Source of the DNA: an uncultured delta proteobacterium
Lineage (GTDB): Bacteria > Myxococcota > Myxococcia > Myxococcales > Anaeromyxobacteraceae
Length of the DNA: 64,000 nt
Direction of reading: 5' to 3'
Assembly: GCA_963766715.1 (NCBI GenBank)
Contig: CAVYBH010000013.1
Location: forward strand, 64,001-128,000
Shown here: one piece after another, positions 20,907 to 29,633 of the stretch
How the letters are laid out: the number at the start of each line of letters is the position of its first letter
Position numbering within the stretch: position 1 is the stretch's first letter
Position numbers and translations under genes: made by a program
The notes under the pieces: generated by a model
Told to the model about the DNA's origin: nothing
Seen by the model: the letters and a program-made list of their open reading frames with translations, nothing else
Databases searched by the model: none

Positions 20907-21949
20907 ACAATGGCCCAGGGGCGAGGCATGAACACCTTCTCCCACGTCTCCAGCGCGAAGCGATCGGTCATCCCGGAGAGGAAGTCGGTGACCGCCCGGG
21001 GGAGGTCCTCGCCCGCACGGGGGAAGACGCCGAAGCGGGTGCGGAGCCGCTCCCCGTCCTCGAGGCACCAGCGGTTCAGGTCCTCGAGGATGCGCTGCGC
21101 CTTCTCGAACTCCTCCTGGACGACCGGGTTCTCGTAGACGCGCGCGTAGAGGAAGTCGCGCAGGGCGAGCAGCGCGCCGTGCACGTCGGCCGACATGGCG
21201 ATGTGGCCCCCGCCCTCGATGTCCGAGGACCGGATGACGTCGCCGATGAGGTGGTGCAGGCGGACGGAGTGGCGATCGCCGATCACCGCGGCGATGTCGC
21301 GCGGGACCTCCTCCTCGCGCAGCAGGCCGCCGCGGACCGCGTCGTCGAGGTCGTGGTTCACGTAGGCGATGATGTCGGCCAGGCGGACGATCTCCGCCTC
21401 CAGGGTGAGCGCCTTCTGCCCGCCGGCCATGAGCACCTGGCCGCGCCCCTTGGAGTGGCGCAGGATCCCGTCCCGGACCTCGACGGTGAGGTTGAGCCCC
21501 TCCCCTTCCTTCTCGAGGACCTCCACCACCCGCAGGGACTGCTGGACGTGGTGGAACCCCCCGGGCACCACCTTGTTGAGCAGCCGCTCGCCGGCGTGCC
21601 CGAACGGCGTGTGGCCCAGGTCGTGGCCCATCACCATGGCCTCGACGAGCATCTCGTTCAGGCGAAGCGCGCGCGCGATGGAGCGGGCCACCTGCGCGAC
21701 CTCGAGCGTGTGGGTGAGCCGGTTGCGGTAGTGGTCGCCTCGGGGCGCGAGGAAGACCTGCGTCTTCCCCTTCAGCCGGCGGAACGACTTCGAGTGCAGG
21801 ACGCGGTCGCGGTCCCGCTGGTAGGCGGGACGCATGTCGTCCTCGGGGTCCTCGCGGTCGCGCCCTCGCGTGTCGCGCGAGAGGGCCGCCCGGGGGTGCA
21901 GGCTCGCGACCTCCTGCTCCTCGAGCATGGCGCGGATGGTGGAGGGCAT
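20903..21949 (-). CDS. dgt: Deoxyguanosinetriphosphate triphosphohydrolase (HD family)
   Basis: YQRDRDRVLHSKSFRRLKGKTQVF, RNRLTHTLEV, GHDLGHTPFGHAGE, ADIIAYVNHD, DFLSGMTDRFA. Confidence 0.92.
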   Translation of the reverse strand: MPSTIRAMLEEQEVASLHPRAALSRDTRGRDREDPEDDMRPAYQRDRDRVLHSKSFRRLKGKTQVFLAPRGDHYRNRLTHTLEVAQVARSIARALRLNEMLVEAMVMGHDLGHTPFGHAGERLLNKVVPGGFHHVQQSLRVVEVLEKEGEGLNLTVEVRDGILRHSKGRGQVLMAGGQKALTLEAEIVRLADIIAYVNHDLDDAVRGGLLREEEVPRDIAAVIGDRHSVRLHHLIGDVIRSSDIEGGGHIAMSADVHGALLALRDFLYARVYENPVVQEEFEKAQRILEDLNRWCLEDGERLRTRFGVFPRAGEDLPRAVTDFLSGMTDRFALETWEKVFMPRPWAIV

Positions 21950-21989
21950 GCTCCTCGATGTAACCCGGTCCGGCACGCCTGTCGTCTCC

Positions 21990-22715
21990 TTACCGGGGCA
22001 CCTTCAGGCTCGCGTCGAGCACCAGGACGAGGACGTTCGAGAGCGCGTGCACCACCGCCGGGGCGACCACGCTCCCCGTGCGCGCCCGCACCCACCCGAA
22101 GAGGAGGCCGGGGAAGAACGTGGCGAGCCGCCAGGGCTGGAGGGAGACGAGGTGGCCGACGGCGAAGAGCACCTGGGTGGCCAGGAATCCGGGGCCGAGC
22201 TCCGCGCCCAGGACGCGGCGCGAAGGCCCGGAGCGCCCCCAGGCGGTCTGCATCCACCCCCGGTAGAAGAGCTCCTCGGGGAGCGCCACGGCCAGGAGCT
22301 GGGTCGCCGCGGCCAGCAGGAGCCCCGGGGGGAGCCGGGCCTCGAGGACGGCCGGCGTGCCCGAGAGCCGCGCCACGGCCAGCAGCGCCAGGGTGTAGAG
22401 CGGAAGGACCAGTCCCGAGACCGCCAGCCCCGCCGCGGCCCCCCGGCCCCAGGCCTTCCAGGTCCGGCGGTCCCCGAGCCCCCACCACGGGAGGCCGTAG
22501 GCCTTCCAGGACTCGCCCCGCGCCCGGATCAGGTAGTCGGGGACCAGCACGAAGAGCAGCGCCGCCACGCCGCCCAGGTTCCTGCGCAGGAGCCCGGAGG
22601 GCTCGACGGCGCCGAGGGCCGAGGCGGCGCCGATGCCGGCGATGACCCAGGCCCACGTCGCCAGGAGCGCGCGCCGGGTCGGGGGAGGACCCCCGGAGGA
22701 GGGGATGTCGGGCAC
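21990..22715 (-). CDS. CPBP/Abi glutamic intramembrane protease, myxosortase MrtC-like
   Basis: LPEELFYRG, FAVGH, TFFPGLLFGW, HALSN motifs; multiple TM segments. Confidence 0.8.
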   Translation of the reverse strand: MPDIPSSGGPPPTRRALLATWAWVIAGIGAASALGAVEPSGLLRRNLGGVAALLFVLVPDYLIRARGESWKAYGLPWWGLGDRRTWKAWGRGAAAGLAVSGLVLPLYTLALLAVARLSGTPAVLEARLPPGLLLAAATQLLAVALPEELFYRGWMQTAWGRSGPSRRVLGAELGPGFLATQVLFAVGHLVSLQPWRLATFFPGLLFGWVRARTGSVVAPAVVHALSNVLVLVLDASLKVPR

Positions 22716-22809
22716 GCTCTCGAGGTCGCGACCCAGGCAGGGTGTCGAGTGGAACGGCGGAGTGGTTCACGATGTGGCCGTACGGTCGGCCACCCCTCGG
22801 GGGTCCATT

Positions 22810-23640
22810 ATGCTGCACGTCGAGACGGAGCGCGAACCGGCGGTGGCCGGGCGGTTCTACCCAGGCGATCCGGAGGTGCTGGCGAGCGAGGTGGCCTCGC
22901 TGCTCGCCGAGCGTCCCGATGGCCGGGCCACGCCGGGTGCGCCGCGGCCCGCCTACGGCCTGCTCGTGCCGCACGCGGGCTACATCTACTCGGGACCCGT
23001 GGCGGGAGCGACCTACGCCCGGGCCGACGTGCCGGACCACGTCATCGTCCTCTGCCCCAACCACACCGGCGTCGGGAAGCGGGTCGCCGCCTGGCCCGGC
23101 GGCGCATGGGCCACTCCCCTCGGCCGGGTTCCCGTGGACGAGGCGATGACGAAGGAGCTGCTCGAGTCCGGGCTCGCCTCCCCGGATCGCGAGGCCCATC
23201 GCTACGAGCATTCGCTGGAGGTCCAGCTCCCCTTCCTCCAGCTGCGGAACCCGGAGGTGTCGATGGCCGCCGTCTGCCTCGGCACCCTCCCCTTCGACGC
23301 GTGCCAGGAGCTCGGCGGCGAGCTCGCCCGGATCGCCCGGCGCCACCGGGCGCTCGTGGTGGCGTCGAGCGACATGAGCCACTACCTGCCCGCCGACGTC
23401 GCCCGGGCGAAGGACCGGCTGGCGCTCGACCGGGTGCTGGCCCTCGACCCGCGCGGACTCCACGACGTCGTCTCGCGAACGGGGATCTCGATGTGCGGGT
23501 TCGTGCCGGCGACGGTCATGCTGGTCGCCGCCGTCGCGCTCGGGGCCCGCGAGGCGGAGCTCGTCCGCTACGCCACGTCCGGCGACGCCACCGGCGACCA
23601 GCGCAGCGTGGTGGGGTACGCGGGCGTCGTGATCTCCTGA
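22810..23640 (+). CDS. MEMO1-family / AmmeMemoRadiSam system protein B
   Basis: REPAVAGRFYP, PHAGYIYSG, PNHTG, EHSLEVQLPFLQ, SSDMSHY, SMCG, VVGYAG. Confidence 0.92.
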   Translation: MLHVETEREPAVAGRFYPGDPEVLASEVASLLAERPDGRATPGAPRPAYGLLVPHAGYIYSGPVAGATYARADVPDHVIVLCPNHTGVGKRVAAWPGGAWATPLGRVPVDEAMTKELLESGLASPDREAHRYEHSLEVQLPFLQLRNPEVSMAAVCLGTLPFDACQELGGELARIARRHRALVVASSDMSHYLPADVARAKDRLALDRVLALDPRGLHDVVSRTGISMCGFVPATVMLVAAVALGAREAELVRYATSGDATGDQRSVVGYAGVVIS

Positions 23641-23683
23641 CGGGCAGCGGATCCCCGCGCATCTTGTGCTAGCTTGCGCGCCC

Positions 23684-25108
23684 ATGAGCGCTCCAGTTCG
23701 CGTCCGCTTCGCCCCGTCGCCCACGGGCTACCTCCACATCGGGGGAGCCCGCACGGCACTGCTCAACTGGCTCTGGGCCCGCCACACCGGCGGGACGTTC
23801 GTCCTGCGCATCGAGGACACCGACCAGGAGCGCTCCACGGCGGACGCCGTGCGCGCCATCCTCGACGGGATGCGCTGGCTGGGGCTCGACTGGGACGAGG
23901 GCCCGGACGTCGGCGGCCCCTTCGGCCCCTACTTCCAGATGGAGCGGCTCGGGCTCTACCGCGAGTACGCCGAGAAGCTCGTGAAGGCCGGCAAGGCCTA
24001 CGCCTGCTACTGCACGAAGGAGGACCTGGACGCGCAGCGGGAGCTGGCCAAGGCCGAGAAGCGCCAGTTCATCTACCCGGGCACCTGCCGCGAGGAGCCG
24101 TACGACCCCTCGCGCCGGCACGTGATCCGCTTCCGCCTCCCCAAGCTCCTCGAGGTGACCTTCACCGACCTCGTGAAGGGTCCCATCACCCGGCCCGGCT
24201 CGACCCTCCAGGACGAGGTCATCGTCCGCGCCGACGGCGTGCCCCTCTACAACTTCGGGGCCGTGGTGGACGACGTCACCATGCAGATCAACCTGGTGGC
24301 TCGCGGCGACGACCACGTGAACAACACCGCCATCCAGGTGCTCCTCTACGAGGCCCTCGGGTACCCGGTGCCGGCCTTCGCGCACCTGCCCATGATCCTG
24401 GGCGCGGACAAGACCCGCCTCTCCAAGCGTCACGGGGCCACCAGCGTCACCGCCTACCGCGACATGGGCTACCTCCCCGAGGCGGTGGTGAACTACCTGG
24501 TCCGGCTGGGCTGGTCGCACGGCGATCAGGAGATCTTCACGATGAAGGAGCTGGTCGAGCAGTTCGGCTTCGATCACGTGGGCGCCACCGCCGGGGTCTT
24601 CAACCCCGAGAAGATGGTCTGGGTGAACCAGACGTGGGTGAAGTCCCTGACCCCGTCCGAGCTGGCCCGGCGCGCCGTGCCCTACTACGAGGCGGCCGGG
24701 CTGCACGTCGCCGAGGACCCTCGCCTCGTCGAGATCGCGCGGGTGTTCCAGGAGCGGGCCAAGACGCTCGTCGAGCTGGTGGCCCAGTCCCGTTACTTCT
24801 TCGCGCCGATCGAGATGGACCCCAAGGCCCGCGAGAAGTTCCTCGGGGCCGACGCCGTCCCGGTGCTGCAGGGAATCCGGGACGGGATCGCGGCGACGCC
24901 GGCGCTCGACGCGGCGGGTCTCGAGAAGCTCTTCCACGACGTGGCCGCGGCGCGCTCGCTCGGACTCGGCAAGGTGGCCCAGCCGGTGCGCGTGGCCCTG
25001 ACGGGCGGAACGGCCTCCCCGGGCATCTACGACGTGGTCCTGCTGCTCGGGCGGGTGGAGTCGCTGGCTCGGCTCGACGCGGCGCTTCGGGGAGCCGCGG
25101 CGCGCTGA
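23684..25108 (+). CDS. gltX: Glutamate--tRNA ligase
   Basis: RFAPSPTGYLHIGG, LRIEDTD, RGDDH, RLSKRHG. Confidence 0.97.
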   Translation: MSAPVRVRFAPSPTGYLHIGGARTALLNWLWARHTGGTFVLRIEDTDQERSTADAVRAILDGMRWLGLDWDEGPDVGGPFGPYFQMERLGLYREYAEKLVKAGKAYACYCTKEDLDAQRELAKAEKRQFIYPGTCREEPYDPSRRHVIRFRLPKLLEVTFTDLVKGPITRPGSTLQDEVIVRADGVPLYNFGAVVDDVTMQINLVARGDDHVNNTAIQVLLYEALGYPVPAFAHLPMILGADKTRLSKRHGATSVTAYRDMGYLPEAVVNYLVRLGWSHGDQEIFTMKELVEQFGFDHVGATAGVFNPEKMVWVNQTWVKSLTPSELARRAVPYYEAAGLHVAEDPRLVEIARVFQERAKTLVELVAQSRYFFAPIEMDPKAREKFLGADAVPVLQGIRDGIAATPALDAAGLEKLFHDVAAARSLGLGKVAQPVRVALTGGTASPGIYDVVLLLGRVESLARLDAALRGAAAR

Positions 25109-25294
25109 GCCGCGGCGCGCTGTGCCGGCGGCGCGGCCGGCACGGGTCCGCCACCCTACTGGGGCCCCTCCTTCGGACCCTTTCCCTGCGATTTCAAGGA
25201 CCTACCATGTTCGCGGGACATGGATTTCAAAGTCGATGAGCCAGATCACGAGTGATGTAGATATTAGTCAATGATTTCGATATTTTAGCTGTAA

Positions 25295-25308
25295 TTGACC
25301 TGAATCAA
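25295..25308 (+). promoter_or_regulatory. FNR/CRP-family box upstream of the multiheme cytochromes
   Basis: TTGAC-CTGA-ATCAA, a 9/10 match to TTGAT-N4-ATCAA, inside an AT-rich intergenic patch. Confidence 0.6.
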
Positions 25309-25400
25309 CGAAGCTGCGTTTTGGAACGCCTAGCCTTCCTCCGCCAGCCAGGGCCGCACCCTGGCGGGGGGCGACGAGGGGTCGCCCGCAGGAGGGGAAA

Positions 25401-27500
25401 GTGCAACTCTTCGCTCGCAGGACGTCGGCGTTCCAGGCCTGGCTGCTCGGTGTAGGCCTCGCTCTCACCGGTTGCTCCGGCGCCCCTCCCGAGGGCAAGG
25501 CGGCGGCTCCGGAGCGCTCCTTCGGCGCCTCCGATCGTCAATCCGCTGCCTCCGACCCGTCCCACCGCCGCGACCACCTGCGCGCCGCTCCTCGGACACT
25601 CCGCCTACGCGACGCAGACCTGCGAGTCCTGCCACCCCTGCGGGGCGAAGGCGACGAGCGGGCACCCCGCGGCCTGGACCGACCAGGCCAGCACCGGCTT
25701 CCACGCCTACTCCGCGAACGCGGGGCTCGCGAGCTGCCAGGGCTGCCACGGCGCGGCCCTCGACGGCGTGGGCGGCTCCGCGACGACCTCGTGCGCCCAG
25801 TGCCACGGCGCGGCCTGGAAGACGAACTGCGTGATGTGCCACGGCGGCACCGACAACCAGACCGGCGCGCCGGCGAGGGCCACCTGGGGCAACGCCGCCG
25901 ACGCCGTTCGCGTGGGCGCCCACACCTCCCATGTCGCGGCTTCCCACGGGCTCGCGGCGGCCGTCGCCTGCGCCACCTGCCACGTCCAGCCGGCCGACGC
26001 GCTCACGGTGGGTCACGTGAACGGCGGCACGGCGGAGGTCGTCTTCTCCGGAAGGGCGACGCAGGGAACGACCACCGCCCCCTCGTGGACGCGCACCTCC
26101 GCGACCTGCTCCAACACCTACTGCCACGGGGCCACGCTCCAGGGCGGAACGGCCACCGCTCCGATCTGGACGAGGACGGACGGGACGCAGCGGGCGTGCA
26201 ACGCCTGCCACGGGGCGCCCCCTCCGGCCCCGCACTCGACCAGCACGGCCTGCGGGAGCTGCCATGCGGGCTACACGGCCACCACGGTGAACGTCTCGAC
26301 CCACCTGAACGGCGTCCTCGACGTGACCGGCACGACCTGCACCTCCTGCCACGGCACGGCCGGCCGCGCCGCGACCACGCTGAACCCGCAGCTCGCCGCG
26401 GCCCCGCCGACCGGCACGAAGGGCGAGACGGCGACGACCACCCGCGCCGTCGGCGCCCACCAGGCCCACCTCGTGAACACCCGGCTCCGCTCGGCGGCCA
26501 TCGCCTGCACCGAGTGCCACACCGTTCCCGGGCTCGACCAGCCACGCCACCGGCGCCGTCGACATGACCTGGGGTACGCTCGCCCGGAGCAGCGGCGTCG
26601 TTCCCACCTGGACCGGAACCACCTGCACCAACTACTGCCACGGCGCCACGCTCCTCGGCGGCACCATCACGGCGCCCTCCTGGACCGGCGGCGCGGCCCA
26701 GGCCTCCGCCTGCACCGCCTGCCACGGCGCGCCGCCTCCGGCGCCCCACTCGACCAGCACGGCCTGCGGCTCCTGCCACACCGGCTACACCGCGACCACC
26801 GTCAACACCGCCACCCACATGAACGGCACCGTCGACGTCGTCGCCATGACCTGCACCTCCTGCCACGGCACGGCCAGCCGCGCGGCCACGGCCCTCAACC
26901 CGCAGCTCGCCGCTGCTCCGCCGGTCGACACGGCCGGGCAACACGGCGACCACGTCGCGCGGGGTCGGCGCCCACATGAAGCACCTCTCCACCGCGACCC
27001 GCTCGAGCAACTTCGCCTGCACCGAGTGCCACACCGTGCCGACCTCGACGAGCCACGCCAACGGGACGAAGGACCTCGTCTTCGGCACGCTCGCGAAGAA
27101 CGGGCGGAAAGATGCCGGCCTACAACGCCACCATCGCTCGGGCTGCTCCGCCACGTACTGCCACGGCAACTTCACCGGCGGGAAGACCACCGCCGTCCCG
27201 CTCTGGACGGGCGCGGCCATGACCTGCACCTCCTGTCACAGCATGCCGAGCACGAGCACCGGGCAGCACTCGAAGCACATCGGGCCTCTCCGGGGTCACC
27301 TGCGCCACCTGCCACAGCGGCGATCGCCACGGGCACGACCACCACCGCCGCCATCGTCGGCCCGGCGCTGCACGTCGAACGGGATGAAGGACGTCGCCTT
27401 CAGCGGCACCTACGGCGGGCGGACCGTGTCCATGACCGTCACGCGGAGCGGGACGAGCCTCTCCTGTTCCGGCTCCTGCCACAGCAGCAAGTCCTGGTGA
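25401..27500 (+). CDS. Lipoprotein multiheme c-type cytochrome (CxxxxCH/CxxCH repeat family), about 19 heme motifs; several apparent frameshifts
   Basis: GGAGG RBS, GTG start, lipobox LTGC; heme motifs read across ORFs 25768.., 26564.., 26976..; frameshifts near 25560, 26530, 26940, 27290-27380. Confidence 0.85.
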
Positions 27501-27505
27501 CCGCC

Positions 27506-29526
27506 ATGAACGTGAACGGATGGAAGAGCCGGTTCCTCGCGCTGTCTGGCTGGGTCGCGATGGGTCTCGCCCTCGGCCTCGCCGGTACCGGGTGCGGGCC
27601 GCAGGGCAGCACGGCCGACGCAGGCGTCCGGCCGCCCGTGCAGAAGTCCACCCACTCCGTCGCCAACGGCCCGATGTGCGGGGGAACCGACGTCCACACG
27701 AAGCACGTCAACCAAGGAGTGGGCTGCGCCACCTGCCACCCCTGCGGCGCGGTCTTCGGCTTCGCACGTCCCCTTCACCTACCCGCGGGGCACCACCACC
27801 GCGGGCGGCACCCTCACCCGGGGCATCGCTCCCGCCGTCACGACCTGCACGGTGGCCTGCCACAGCCCGATGGGCGCCCCGGCGAAGAGCGTCGCCTGGA
27901 ACGCCGGGCCGCGTGGGTGCACCGACTGTCACGTGGCCTCGGTGCTCCCGGCCGTCCACCCGGCCCTCTCCGCCACGCCGACCAACGCCGACTGCCTCGG
28001 CTGCCACACCAGCACCACCACCCACACCGACGGCACCGTGACCCTGGCCGGCCACCCGGCCGCCTGGACCGACCAGGCCAGCCCGGGCTTCCACGCCTTC
28101 CAGGCCAACAAGGGGCTCGGCCAGTGCCAGGCGTGCCACGGCGCCGACCTCTCCGGCGGCTCCACCGGCTTCGCCTGCGCGCTGTGCCACGACACGGCCC
28201 TGCCGGCCGGGGTCGCGAGCTGGAAGGTGAACTGCGTGATGTGCCACGGCGGCACGGGCAACCAGACCGGCGCGCCTCCCAGGACCACCTGGGGCAACTC
28301 CGCCGACCCGATCCGCACCGGCGCCCACGCGACCCACGTGACGGGCAACGCCCGCGTCCCCGGCCTTCGACTGCAACGTCTGCCACGTGAAGCCCGCCGA
28401 CGCCCTCGCCGCGGGGCACATCGACTCCACCTCCACGGCCGAGCTCACCTGGGGCGGTCTCGCCGTGGCCGGCGGCGCCGCGCCCGCCTGGAACCGGACC
28501 GCCGCCACCTGCTCGAACACCTACTGCCACGGCAAGTTCACGAACGGCAACGCGACGAACGCGCCGGTGTGGACGGGGACGAACCAGGGCGCCTGCGGCA
28601 CCTGCCACGGCCTGCCGCCGGGAGGGACCCACCCGGCCGTCGGAACGGCCCTCACCGGGTGCGCGACCTGCCATCCCCAGACCATGACCGCGGCGGGTGC
28701 GCTCATCGCCCCGAGCGCCGGCGGCAAGCACCTCGACGGCATCATCGAGACGAGCGGCGGCACGGGCGGTCACGGCGCGTCCTGGTCGGACACCACCAGC
28801 ACCGGCTTCCACGCCTACTCGGCCATCGCCGGCATCTCCTCCTGCCAGGGCTGCCACGGCGCCGGCCTGGACGGCGTGGGCGGCTCGGCCAAGACCTCCT
28901 GCGCCACCTGCCACGGCGCGGCCTGGAAGACGAACTGCGTGCTCTGCCACGGAGGCACCGCCAACCAGACCGGCGCGCCACCCAAGGGCACCTGGGGCTT
29001 CCGCACCGACGCCTCCCGCATCGGCGCCCACACCAAGCACGTGACGGCGGGCGCCATCTCCGGCGCCATCGCCTGCGCGACCTGCCACGTCGTCCCCGCC
29101 GACGCGCTCTCCGCCGGGCACCTGAACGGCTCGACCGCGACGGTCACCTGGGGCGGCATCGCGGCCTCGAGCGGCGCGAGCCCGGTCTGGAACCGCACCA
29201 CCGGCACCTGCGCCAGCACCTACTGTCACGGCGGGTACTCGGGGACGTTCGTCTACGACTTCTGGGGACCGGCCTCGGCGCCCTACGCGGGCTCGAAGGC
29301 CACGCCGAAGTGGACCGACGCGCCGATGACCTGCACGTCCTGCCACGGCAACCCGACCAACAACGGCAACTGGCACAGCGGCCTCCACGGCGGCGGCAAC
29401 AACTGCAACCTCTGCCACCCGGACGTCGACGCCGCGGGCACCACCATCACCAACCCGGCGCTCCACATCAACGGGGTCGTGGAGGTCCAGGCCGCCTTCA
29501 AGTCCTCCTGCTTCGGCTGCCACTGA
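27506..29526 (+). CDS. Second lipoprotein multiheme c-type cytochrome (CxxxxCH/CxxCH family), about 19 heme motifs; frameshifts near 27770 and 28355
   Basis: Signal peptide ending LAGTGC; motifs across ORFs 26564.., 27852.., 28387..29526; ends in CFGCH-stop. Confidence 0.87.
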
Positions 29527-29633
29527 CGGGGTGCGCCTCGCGCCCACCCGGGCGTGATATCGCGTCGCGGCGCGACCATGCTCCCGGCCCGGTTCCCGAT
29601 TAACTCCTCGGGAACCCTGGCCGAGGAGCACCG

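Noticed and set aside
25321..25340. Sigma54 promoter before cytochrome gene 1 (TTGGAACG...), and TGGCACG at 33668
   Set aside because: The GG-N10-GC spacing is not satisfied in either case
25660..29240. Repeats as a CRISPR array or mobile element
   Set aside because: They are long, in-frame protein-coding modules with no constant repeat/spacer periodicity and no cas or transposase genes
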